Origin: Octopus bimaculoides
Lineage: Eukaryota
NCBI RefSeq assembly: GCF_001194135.2
Contig: NC_068998.1
Location: forward strand, 13,192,203 to 13,233,064
Reading direction: 5' to 3'
Length of the DNA: 40,862 nt
The position numbers and the translations under genes are program-made. Below the pieces are notes generated by a model, which saw nothing but the letters and a program-made list of their open reading frames with translations, had not been told where the DNA came from and searched no databases. This document shows, piece after piece, positions 1 to 11,540 of this stretch (the first letter of the stretch is position 1; each line of letters starts with the position of its first letter).

Positions 1-62
1 TATACACACACACACACACACACATACATATATATGTATATCCATCCATCCATCTGTATATA

Positions 63-94
<32 letters not shown>

Positions 95-714
95 GATAGA
101 TAGATAGATACATGTACAGAGAGAGAGAGAGAGATTGGAAGATATAGAAACAATTAATTATAGATATATTGACATTTATATACTTATCATATACACGTAT
201 ACACACAAAACAACATGTAGATATGTGTGTGTGTGTGTGTGTGTGTGTCTATATATATACATACATACAGAAACACACACATGCATATATAAGATATATA
301 GAGAAACAATTATCAGAGAATGAAAAAATGCTGCAAATTTTACTGTCAAAATGAATAAAAAATATATGCAGATGATCTCATTTGAAACTACAGACAGATA
401 AATCTCTGATAGCAGGTGTATTTCAGCGTAGGTGTTGTAAACCATTCGAAGATAGCTAAAGGAAGCTATTACTGACACCCACACAATGGCAGTCCAGTCA
501 GCAAACCAACAATTTTCAGATATTTAAGAAAAAGTGGCTACTCTGTTGCTTCTTACAATATAATTATTACTTTCAATTCTGGTTTCGTGAACAATATGGA
601 GACATAAAGATTCAGTGAGGAATAGGGGAAATAGGGGTTTATAAATGCATTTAGAGGAAGCAGAAACAGGGTTACCTTGGATACTGATATGTATGTATCA
701 GTATATATGTTTGC

Positions 715-762
<48 letters not shown>

Positions 763-1048
763 GCTCATGCATATATGTGTGTGTGTGTGTGTTTGTGCAT
801 ATATACATATACATACATACACAAGCACACACACACATGTGTGTGTGTATGTATGCATGTGTGTGTGTGGTGTGTGTATACATATACATACATATATATA
901 CATATACATATATACATATATAATATATAATATATATATATATAATATTTTGTATGTGTATTTCGTGTGCAAGATTCTTGATGTGGATACGTGTGTTGAA
1001 AGAAATACAATTAAACCTTGGGAGAGGCATTATGCCGGTAATAAACAC

Positions 1049-1103
<55 letters not shown>

Positions 1104-1356
1104 TTCCTGAGCGTTAAACTAATACATCCGTTTGTTGTTTACACACCTGTCTTTGTCTTTTGTTTCTTTTTTTGTAAATTCTCACTAAATATGTATATAT
1201 ATTTGAAAAGGCTAAATGAAAGCATCATACACTACAATAAATTTCTTCTCAAAAAAGGTTAGTAACATCCTGATAAAAGATCTCATCATAACATTCTATT
1301 AAAAAATAATTTGAAACACTTCAAAACTGTATTAGGTAATTCTCATATACTTTCAA

Positions 1357-1690
1357 ATCATCATCATCATCGTTTAACGTTCGCTTTCCATGCTAGCATG
1401 GGTTGGACGATTTGACTGAGGACTGGTGAAACCGGATGGCAACACCAGGCTCCAATCTGATTTGGCAGAGTTTCTACAGCTGGATGCCCTTCCTAATGCC
1501 AACCACTCAGAGATTGTAGTGGGTGCTTTTACGTGTCACCTGCACGAAGGCCAGTCAGGTGGTACTGGCAACGGCCATGCTCAAACTGGTGTATTTTATG
1601 TGCCACCCGCACAAGAGCCAGTCCAGGGGCACTGGCAACGATCTCGCTCGAAAATCCTACAAAGGCCAGTATTTTATGTGTCACCCCAAA
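1357..1690 (-). mobile_element. Retroposon family C
   Basis: Reverse complement of about 23140-23439; both give the same artefactual ORF MKPDGNTRLQSDLAEF. Confidence 0.8.
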
Positions 1691-1791
1691 ACTGCTGTTG
1701 TGGCTGATGACAGTACCNNNNNNNNNNNNNNNNNNNNNNNNNNNNNNNNNNNNNNNNNNNNNNNNNNNNNNNNNNNNNNNNNNNNNNNNNN

Positions 1792-2178
1792 GCCAGTGGA
1801 GCATTAAAAGTACATCGGAGTGTGATCGTTGCCAGGGCCACGGATTGGCTCCTGTGCCAGTGACACGTGAAAAACACCATTCGAGCGTGATCGTTGCCAA
1901 CGTCGCTTTACCGGCACATGTGCTGGTGGCACGTGAAGAACAACATTCAAGTGTAGTCATTGCCACAGAACCGCCTGACTGGCCCTCGTGCTGGTGGCAC
2001 GCAAAAGCACCTACTACACTCTCAGAGTGGTTGGCGTTAGGAAGGGCATCCAGCTGTAGAAACTTTTGCCAGATCAGATTGAGCCTGGTGCAGCCTCTGG
2101 CTCAGCAGTCCTCAGTCAAACCATCCAACCCATGCCAGCATGGAAAGCAAAAGTAAAGCGATGATGATGATGATGATG
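1792..2178 (+). mobile_element. Retroposon family C
   Basis: Has the same conserved core and (ATG)n tail. Further copies lie at 2215-2400(-), 20180-20608(-), 25080-25260(-), 31441-31547(+), 32290-32460(+), 33273-33490(-), 35150-35370(+) and 36480-36650(-). Confidence 0.75.
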
Positions 2179-2455
2179 TAAGCATTATGTACATATACAT
2201 ATCATAATCATAATTTCCCTCATTGTTTTAATGTCCATGCTTGCATGGATCAGGCACAGTTTATTTTGGCAGATTTTTCTATGGTCAGATGCCCCTCCTG
2301 TTGCCAATCTTCATCTGTTGCAAAGCAACATAGTGTTTTCATCATGGCCGTACATGTTTTTAGCAGAATACTGGAAATGAAGGACACTACCTATATGACA
2401 ATAAAACTTATGTATGAATTAACATGCAATGCCAATGCAAAAAGATACAAACATA

Positions 2456-2621
2456 CATAGCTGCAGGAGTGGCTGTGTGATATGTAGCTTGCTTATCAAC
2501 CACATGGTTCCAGGTTCAGTCTCACTGCATGGCACCTTGGCAAGTGTTTTATACTATAGCCTCGGGCAGACCAAAGCCTTGTGAGTGGATTTGGTAGATG
2601 GAAACTGAAAGAAGCCCATCG

Positions 2622-2625
<4 letters not shown>
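2456..2625 (+). mobile_element. SINE family A head
   Basis: GCAGGAGTGGCTGTGTG...GGTTCAGTCTCACTGCATGGCACCTTGGCAAGTG...GGAAACTGAAAGAAGCCCATCGTATA. Other partial copies lie at 5085-5250, 11225-11440, 19430-19630, 22590-22730, 26150-26300, 27640-27760, 28200-28390, 31270-31410 and 40587-40750. Confidence 0.75.
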
Positions 2626-2660
<35 letters not shown>

Positions 2661-3279
2661 NNNNNNNNNNNNNNNNNNNNNNNNNNNNNNNNNNNNNNNN
2701 NNNNNNNNNNNNNNNNNNNNNNNNNNNNNNNNNNNNNNNNNNNNNNNNNNNNNNNNNNNNNNNNNNNNNNNNNNNNNNNNNNNNNNNNNNNNNNNNNNNN
2801 NNNNNNNNNNNNNNNNNNNNNNNNNNNNNNNNNNNNNNNNNNNNNNNNNNNNNNNNNNNNNNNNNNNNNNNNNNNNNNNNNNNNNNNNNNNNNNNNNNNN
2901 NNNNNNNNNNNNNNNNNNNNNNNNNNNNNNNNNNNNNNNNNNNNNNNNNNNNNNNNNNNNNNNNNNNNNNNNNNNNNNNNNNNNNNNNNNNNNNNNNNNN
3001 NNNNNNNNNNNNNNNNNNNNNNNNNNNNNNNNNNNNNNNNNNNNNNNNNNNNNNNNNNNNNNNNNNNNNNNNNNNNNNNNNNNNNNNNNNNNNNNNNNNN
3101 NNNNNNNNNNNNNNNNNNNNNNNNNNNNNNNNNNNNNNNNNNNNNNNNNNNNNNNNNNNNNNNNNNNNNNNNNNNNNNNNNNNNNNNNNNNNNNNNNNNN
3201 NNNNNNNNNNNNNNNNNNNNNNNNNNNNNNNNNNNNNNNNNNNNNNNNNNNNNNNNNNNNNNNNNNNNNNNNNNNNNNN
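2661..3279. other. Assembly gap (N run)
   Basis: N run flanked by (TA)n. Other large gaps lie at 12391-12586, 37949-38162 and 38746-39375. Confidence 1.
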
Positions 3280-3295
3280 ATACACACATATATAT

Positions 3296-3344
<49 letters not shown>

Positions 3345-3465
3345 TTTTAAATATTCATAAGTGCACACACACACATGAATACACACTCACACACACACAT
3401 ATTTATATTAACCCATTTATTCTATCTGAATTATTATTAATTAGGATAAAATAAATACATATAAT

Positions 3466-3503
<38 letters not shown>

Positions 3504-3589
3504 NNNNNNNNNNNNNNNNNNNNNNNNNNNNNNNNNNNNNNNNNNNNNNNNNNNNNNNNNNNNNNNNNNNNNNNNNNNNNNNNNNNNNN

Positions 3590-3647
<58 letters not shown>

Positions 3648-3819
3648 CATCATAATTTGTATGTATTTGCATGTATGTATATATAGATGTGTGAGTGAAT
3701 AAAAAAGGGTGAAAATAAAATAATGATGTTAATTAGAAGTTTTGGGAATAGGTGCAATATATTGGTTTATCGCATGAGGTAGGTCACGCAGTGTGTGTGG
3801 GTTGGCGCCCACAAGTTTG

Positions 3820-4418
3820 TGAACATATGCATCTCTGTGCGTATGTGTGTGGGAGTTTATTCGTCTGTGTATGTATGATGTGTAAGTGATTGGTGTGTTT
3901 GTGTATGTGAGTTGTGTGTGTGTCTGTGGTGTCTGTGTCCATGTGTTTGTTGTGTATATGTATGTATGTGCGTGTGCATGCATGTCTGTGTGTATGTATG
4001 CGTGTGTGTATCTATGTATGTGTGTATGTATGTATGGGTGCATGTATGTATGCGTGTATGTGTGTATGAATGTATGCATGTGTATATGTATATATGTATG
4101 TGTGTGTTTGTGTGTGCATGCATATGTATGTGTAATGTGCATATATGTATGTCTGTGTGTATGTGTGTATTAATGTATGCATGTGTGTATGTATGTATGT
4201 GTGTTTGTGTATGTGTGTATGTATGAGTGTATGTATGTATATCTGTATGTATGTATGTATGTATATGCGTGTATGTATGTGCGTATGTGAGTATGTATGT
4301 ATGTGTGCATGTATCTATGCATGTGTGTATGTGTGTATGAATGTATGCATGTGTGTATGTATGTGTGCGTTTGTGTGTGTGTATGTATGTATGTGTATAT
4401 GTATGTATGTTTGTATAT
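3820..4418. repeat. Compound (TG)/(TATG) microsatellite
   Basis: Seen directly; it generates the His/Thr- and Cys/Val-rich artefact ORFs. Confidence 0.95.
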
Positions 4419-5317
4419 NNNNNNNNNNNNNNNNNNNNNNNNNNNNNNNNNNNNNNNTATATGTAAATAGAATGAAAAACTAGTGAAACAAAATAACAAA
4501 ATTGGAAAAATGAAGAACAAGTAACGAGAGACAACGACTAAAAACAAAAAATACCTGACAAAAATACAATAATAAAGTCTCAAAAAGAATAATGACAAAA
4601 AAACACTTAAATTAGAGCCAAAATGAAAAATATATAAATAAATGTAGAAACATATAAATATATAAAGACAGGTAGAATGAATGGAATAGCTAAAAACACA
4701 GGTAATACAATTATACAAATAATGTGTGATTATATCTAAATATATAAACACATATATTCATACATACATACACACATGCTCACACACATACATACATTCA
4801 TACACACACATAAAAATGGCGGTGCCCCAGTATGGCCACAGCTCATGAGCTGAAACTAGATCAAATCAAATCATATAAATATGTTTATTGAATGTGTTTT
4901 GAAAAGGTGATTTTTTTTTTTTTTTTTTTTTTTGTGGTGGTTGGGACTTCTGTAAATATATGTTTGAGTTTGGTTGAAAGGAAGTTTAACTACATAACTA
5001 TATGTAAAGATTATATATAATCAATATATATAATCAATGTCAGATAGTGCTGAAGACTAATAATAATAATAATAATAATGATAATGCTGGAACACCGCCT
5101 TTAGTCGAGCAAATCGACCACAGGACTTATTCTTTGTAAGCCTAATACTTATTCTAGCGGTTCCTTTTGCCGAACAGCTTAGTTAAGGGGATGCAAACAC
5201 ACCAGTATCAGTTGTCATGCGATGTTGGTGGGGGGACAAACACCGACACACATAATAACAATAATAATAATAGTAATAATGATAATAATAATGATAATAA
5301 TAATAATAATAATAATA

Positions 5318-5870
5318 AATGCCCGGATGCAGTACCAGGCAGTGGCTCTAGTGGCTTCTGATTTTAATTAATTGGAAGTGTTATCATGTACATTGTTTTG
5401 TCTTGGTATAAAAAGATGGGCTACAGCAAATATTCTGCTTAATACCACAGATTTGCTTGTTAGTTGTTTGACCTTAACCAGTTGAGCATGTCCCTTGGTG
5501 GCTGATGATATGTGCATCTCTGATCACGAGCAGAAGTAGTCAGGGAGCATCATAGCCATGTGTTGAGAGGAATTCTTTGGGGTTTGGATAATTCACCTTT
5601 GGAAACATGGGTGTTTTGCTCAACATCCTTAAACAAACCTTATGCAGGGACCTTTTGAGTGGGATGGGCTACTCAACCTGAAGAAAATTCCAACTGGGCC
5701 CCACCTGCGAGGTCATGCGCTGTTTATCTTGATATGAGATCACCATGTCGCGCACATATGGTTTTGATGCATGTGCCTGGTGTACCCTTATCAGACGGGT
5801 AGTCATGATGGGTATAATGGGCTTTGTATATTTTACCCCAGTGTCACTTTGATGGTATGCACTGCTCTCT
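5318..5870. mobile_element. Interspersed-repeat-like segment bounded by (AAT)n on both sides
   Basis: A GC-richer block between (AAT)n tracts at 5252-5318 and 5871-5905, with no intact ORF. The family assignment is uncertain. Confidence 0.4.
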
Positions 5871-5871
5871 C

Positions 5872-5906
<35 letters not shown>

Positions 5907-6341
5907 TGATGATGATAATAATGCTACCAATGATGATGATACGGAGATCCTTCATCAGAATTGAATTTACCAAAGCTTAGTTGTGTACATAAATAATTGA
6001 TAAGAATGGTTATCTATTTTCGTATTTCTTCTGTATGAGAGGAGTAGATAATACGATAAAGAATATGCTATGTATGTGCGTGTGTGTGTGTGTATATACA
6101 TACATATATACACACATACAAACACACACACACATAAATATATATACATGGATTTATGCAAACATACATACTTACATACCTATGTACATACACATGTGCA
6201 TGCACGCACGCACATGCACACACGCACATGCACACGCACATGCACACAAAACGAGAGAGTAACTAAGTGAGGAAAAGGATTGAAAAACTAAAGAGAGGGA
6301 AGGAGAAGAAAAGAAAACAAGGTGGGAGAGAAGGAGGAGAA

Positions 6342-6384
<43 letters not shown>

Positions 6385-6469
6385 TAGATAGATAGACAGA
6401 GAAATAGATAGATAGATAGATAGATTGATAGATAGTTAGATACAGACTGACAGACAGATGAATAGATAG

Positions 6470-6500
<31 letters not shown>

Positions 6501-6545
6501 CATACGTAGAAAGATAGATAGATAGATAAATAGACAGATAGATAA

Positions 6546-7079
6546 CTTTCTTTTATTAGCCACACAGGGCTGCACACAGAGGGGACAAATACAACTGTAG
6601 AGCTTTTCTTTAAAAAAAAAAAAATGGGGGTATCATATATCACAGAAAATGTCAATTGTGTAAAATGGGGTAACATTAGGTTTATCCATGGAGAGAAAAG
6701 CCTACGGAAAAGACCATGGCAACCTCAGCAGGGAATAGAAACATGAGAGCGAAGTGCTCTCTCTCTCTCTCTTTTTTTTATAATTTCTTTTTTTTCTCAA
6801 TTTATAGGATCATGCTCAAAGAGGTATCGTCACTCACACACACCATCTTTGCTACATTCATCCACCTTTTAATGAAACTTTCACGAGACAAAAACTGTCT
6901 CTCTATTCTCACCTTCCTTTTCAAGTGATACTTGAAAAAGTTGATGAGCGATTGGCCAGAGAAATAAGTTTTCGTCTCTAATCCTTTCGCTCGGGTCCAC
7001 CACACACATTCTTTCACCATGGTCACCAGTATGATGAACACTGCCTTGCCTTCCCTGTTGAGGGATGGTGGTGGAGCAA
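6546..7079 (-). mobile_element. 5'-truncated Tx1/L1-type LINE (ORF2 C-terminus plus 3' UTR)
   Basis: Minus-strand frame LAPPPSLNREGKAVFIILVTMVKECVWWTRAKGL...GQSLINFFKYHLKRKVRIERQFLSRESFIKRW...SMIL* resembles the C-terminus of L1/Tx1 ORF2. It is followed by a 3' UTR ending GTCCCCTCTGTGTGCAGCCCTGTGTGGCTAATAAAAG and a (TATC)n tail. Confidence 0.65.
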
Positions 7080-7129
7080 GATAGATAGATAGATTGATAG
7101 ATAGATAGATACAGACTGACAGAAAGATG

Positions 7130-7166
<37 letters not shown>

Positions 7167-7606
7167 CTAAATAGAAAGGGAGATATGGCAGTGTAAACAG
7201 AGCTGAAGAAATCAGATGGAAAATGTTTCAGTGAGTGAAGCAAATAAATATAGACAAATGAGTGTTACACAGGAAATTGCGTAACACCCATTAGACATTA
7301 TGGGTCGATGTTGATGTTGATGTAGTTTTTGTTGTTTAATTCAAGGTCAGTCCTAAATAAATATTATAACTGGTGGCATAAAAGATACCCAAACACATTA
7401 GATGCACCTCAATTTCAACATCACATATTCAACAAGAAAGTTTTTAGTACATCAATCCTTTGCATTTAAACTGACCATATCCAACCAAAAAAATTCTACC
7501 TGTTTTATGCACACAAAGTGGCCACATCTGGCCTCTCACACACCTATGCTTCCATGTCATTCTAAAAATTAACAGTTATGTCATCAAAATCTCATAGCTA
7601 CAAGAT

Positions 7607-7995
7607 TGTTGTTGTTGGCACTCCGTCGCTTACGATGTCGAGGGTTCCAGTTGATCCGATCAACGGAACAGCCTGCTTGTGAAATTAACGTGCAAGTGGC
7701 TGAGCACTCCACAGACACGTGTACCCTTAACGTAGTTCTCGGGGATATTCAGCGGGACACAGTATGACAAGGCTGACCCTTTGAATTACAGGCACAATAG
7801 AAACAGGAAGAAAGAGTGAGAGAAAGTTGTGGTGGAAGAGTACAGCAGGGTTCGCCACCATCCCCTGCCGGAGCCTCGTGGAGCTTTAGGTGTTTTCGCT
7901 CAATAAACACTCACAACGCCTGGTCTGGGAATCGAAACCGCGATCCTATGACCGCGAGTCCGCTGCCCTGACCACTGGGCCATTGCAACTCCACA
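7607..7995 (-). mobile_element. tRNA-derived SINE, family B, with 13-bp TSD
   Basis: TSD ATAGCTACAAGAT at 7594-7606 and 7996-8008. The minus-strand head has TGGCCCAGTGG and GGTTTCGATTCC boxes, and the element has an (AAC)n tail. Confidence 0.85.
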
Positions 7996-8193
7996 ATAGC
8001 TACAAGATAATGCATGGTTAATTCAAAACAATGTGAATAAAACAGCATTGCATTTGACAGCATAATGTGAATGTTAAAGGAAACCCAACTGTCAATATAG
8101 GACTTGGTGCGATTTTTTGAGATTTATTTTTCTTTTCTTTACCATAAAATACTCTATGATGGTAAGGCATTCTAACCTGATCTTCCCATCCAT

Positions 8194-8613
8194 TTATTCT
8201 TTTACTCTTTTACTTGTTTCAGTCATTTGACTGCGGCCAGCCTGGAGCACCGCATTTAGTCGAGCAAATCGACTCCAGGACTTATTCTTTGTGAGCCTAG
8301 TACTTATTCTATCAGTTTCTTTTGCCGAACCGCTAAGTTACGGGGATGTAAACACACCAGCATCGGTTGTCAAACGATGTTGGGGGAACAAACACAGACA
8401 CGCAAACAGACACACAAACACACACACACACACATATATATACATATACACGACGGGCTTCTTTCAGTTTCCGTCTACTAAATCCACTCACAAGGCTTTG
8501 GTCGGCCTGAGGCTATAGTAGAAGACACTTGCTCAAGGTGCCACGCAGTGGGACTGAACCCAGAACCATGTGGTTGGTAAGCAAGCAACTTACCACACAG
8601 CCACTCCTGCACC
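8194..8613 (-). mobile_element. tRNA-derived SINE, family A (full length)
   Basis: The minus strand begins G(G)TGCAGGAGTGGCTGTGTGGTAAG...GGTTCTGGGTTCAGTCCC (A/B-box-like), then a CORE-like GCACCTTGAGCAAGTGTCTTC, a (TA)(TG)n linker and a tail ending GTAAAAGAGTAAAAGAA. Confidence 0.85.
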
Positions 8614-9249
8614 TAGTGTTAGAGACAAGTAGAGAAAAGAGCGAAGAGATAGCATGACTGGATCAGAGGCTGGAACTGGTTTGTCAGTTACTTTATATCA
8701 ATCAGTTGGGTGGCCTTTTCTGGATGCAGTAGTTCACCATTTCCATTAAATCCATTTGTATATTTAGCACTGACTACATGTCTTGTTTTTTTTTTTATCA
8801 TACGACATAACGATGTGATATGAAAGAGATTTGGTTGTTATTTCTAGAATATCAAGTGACTGTATAGAACTTCCCTTGTTTGTTCATGAGTTGATATCAT
8901 TGAAGAATGTTACATCAGTCACATAAGTTTATCAGACTCTGTAAGCAAGTTATTATCTAAAATGCCACATGAATCAGTGTCAGATTGTCACTTATCATAA
9001 AGATAACACATGTTTACGGGAACAGAATTAGAAAAGATTCAAACTAACAGATTCTGTTATGAAGACTAGAGAAAGAAAATGTATAAAGAAGGTAGAACAT
9101 GTTAGATTTGGATTTAATGGAAATGGCGAACTACTGCATCCAGAAAAGGCCACCAAACTGATTGATATAAAGTCACTGACAGACCAGTTCCAACCTCTGA
9201 TCCAGTCATGTTATCTCTTCACTCTTTTCTCTACTTGTTTCTAACACTA
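8614..9249. mobile_element. MITE/foldback element with 141-bp terminal inverted repeats
   Basis: 8614-8754 is the reverse complement of 9109-9249 with 8 mismatches in 141 by manual alignment. Both ends are TAGTGTTAG/CTAACACTA. Confidence 0.75.
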
Positions 9250-9355
9250 ATATCTTTCTTTTACTTGTTCCAGTCTTTGAACTCTGGCCATGCTGGAGTA
9301 CTACCTTGAAGGGTTTAGTCAAGCAAATAGACCCCTCCCCCCACCACTACCAGTA

Positions 9356-9577
9356 TACACAAGTTTCTGAAAAGTTCCTGGATTTGGGTAAAAGAAAATA
9401 CAAGGGGATCATTTAATTATGATTTTATTAAACATATTTTCCTTTCAGTTTCACACACTTATTGAAGCAGTCCTTCAATTTTTCTAAGCCTTGTAAAAGA
9501 ACTCAGAAGGTTGGGCTTCCAACCAGGCCTTTCATGATACCCTTAAAACCAGGAACTTCTCAGTACCCCGTCGTGTA
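9356..9577. mobile_element. Mariner-type MITE nested in a degraded SINE
   Basis: Termini TACACAAGTTTCTGAAAAGTTCCTGG and CCAGGAACTTCTCAGTACCCCGTCGTGTA are imperfect inverted repeats ending in TA. SINE sequence from 9256-9350 resumes after 9577. An isolated copy of this TIR lies at 33542-33578. Confidence 0.7.
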
Positions 9578-9687
9578 TTTTTATGTCTGATATAAATTCT
9601 ATTGGTCTCTTTTACAAAATTGATAAGCTACAAGGACATAAACAAACCTAGATTGGATGTTAAGTGATGTAGCACAACAAACACAAT

Positions 9688-9724
<37 letters not shown>

Positions 9725-9894
9725 GAGAGGCTTCCACACAATTCCTGTCTACAAAATTCACTTGTGAAGTATTGGTCAGCCATTAGCTATAGTAGAAGAT
9801 ACTTACCTAAAGTGCTGTGCAGTGGAACTGAACCTGACACATCATGGTTACAAAGTAAGCTTCTTAACTACACAGCCATATCTGCACAACATGA

Positions 9895-10670
9895 CATCTG
9901 CTGCTTGGAGCTGTCTGGGCTCGTGTCACCTTGTCTCCTCTTCTAACCACCCTTGCTGTGACTTCCACCCAAGCTCTGCACTAGTCACTTTGCCCAGACT
10001 TTCCTCAGGATTTTCAGCCCTTTAAGAATTCCCTCCCAGATCATATCTTTCCCACAGGAGATAACTTACAATGGTTAAAGAAGAATGTTAATGGCATCAA
10101 ACTCACCACACTAGGCAGGAGGCCAAAAAAAAACAACAACAAAAAAACTATGCACACTACCTCAAGAAGGCTTGAAAAAGCAATGCTTGATGTACACTGT
10201 CCAAAAAAGGTGTGAAAAGGTTCCTGGTCACATGCATGCACATTTTGTCTGTTGATTGTTGGCTGTCACAGAAGATTCACTGACTAGATCACTGCTGATT
10301 ATCAGAGCAAATGTAGCCTAGGTTTGAAACGAGTTCTAGAGGCATGTTTTAACAAAAGCTCAAAGATGCCCCACTTCCAGTGGTCTTCCAGCATGCCAGA
10401 CACAAACCCATAATTTCTGAGGACCCATGCTATTGCTAGATAGTTGTTGAACCTAAACTAGATTCATCCATCCTTTTGATAGATTTTATTTTTAGTCCTG
10501 CTGGGTTTCTGGTTACCCTCCTCACCAGGCAAGCCGAGTGGAGGTGCCAGTTTAGTCACTGGTGACCCAACCATGCAACAGGTTGTACTGGATTTCGTGT
10601 TACTAGTAGCATTCATGAAAGACCTTACAAATGACCTGACGGCTTGAAAGGTGTAGATCACCAAGATACT
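9895..10670 (-). mobile_element. Possible heavily degraded RTE-like LINE
   Basis: Frameshifted fragments SAVI...INRQNVHACDQEP (like the APE start, TAVI...NIDIACLQET) and KD...LKGLKIPEES.GKVTSAELGWKS (like the RTE C-terminus). Similarity is weak. Confidence 0.3.
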
Positions 10671-10912
10671 CAGATAATCTAATGAGATAATCAGATAAGT
10701 TTTATAATTTGGATATCAGTGATATAGATGCTAGCAGAGTTAATAGCAGTATAGTGGCTAGAGTTCAAAGAAGGTAAAAGAATTTAAACTAAGTGATATC
10801 TCTATTAAACTCAGCTTTGAATATATGTTATCTCTTTTTATCTAACGGAGGATAATAGCGTTTTTTCACTTAATTGCAATTTATAGCGATGTGACCCTCA
10901 CGATTATCTGTG

Positions 10913-10950
<38 letters not shown>

Positions 10951-11012
10951 TATATAAATGCATACATATATATTATATATGTATTTATATATATATACAT
11001 ATATACACACAC

Positions 11013-11060
<48 letters not shown>

Positions 11061-11455
11061 NNNNNNNNNNATATACATACATCTACATATGTATATATAT
11101 ATATTTACACACACACACACACACATATATATATATGTATATATATTTATGTGCATATATATGTGTGTATGTGTGTGTGTGTGTGTATAGATCTAGCTAA
11201 ACACAAACACACACACACTCACATGCAACTTTTATCTTTTACTTATTTCAATCATTGAGCTGCGGCCATGCTGGTGCACTGTTTGTAAATCTACTCCAGT
11301 ACTTATTTTTTGAAGCTTGGAATTTGTTCTATCGGTCTATTTTGCTGAACTGCTAAGTTACAGGAAAGTAAACCAAGCAACATCCGTTGTCAAGTGGTGA
11401 TGAAGTACAAGCACTAACACAAAGAGGCACACAGATAGATGCATGCATGCATGCA

Positions 11456-11525
<70 letters not shown>

Positions 11526-11540
11526 TGACAGGCTTTTCCT

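Noticed and set aside
1426-1707. Paralogous ORFs MKPDGNTRLQSDLAEF (also 22844-23362)
   Set aside because: Both are the antisense of family C retroposon copies.
135-4534. Many ORF-track entries rich in YI, HT, CV or X
   Set aside because: They are translations of (TA)n, (CA)n and (TATG)n microsatellites or read through N gaps. The same applies at 10.9-11.2, 12.3-12.7, 34.9-35.1 and 37.9-39.4 kb.
4815-4830. AAAATGGCGG YY1-like motif
   Set aside because: It is part of a short SINE tail fragment and has no CpG-island context.
5495-5530. CTGATGA hammerhead-like core
   Set aside because: There is no correctly placed GAAA or stems I-III.
7607-7995. tRNA genes suggested by A/B boxes
   Set aside because: The boxes belong to SINE heads and no cloverleaf can be formed.
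9059-9244. ORF MKTRERKCIKKVEHVRFGFNGNGELLHPEK with an upstream AG
   Set aside because: Most of it is the right arm of the 141-bp inverted repeat element.
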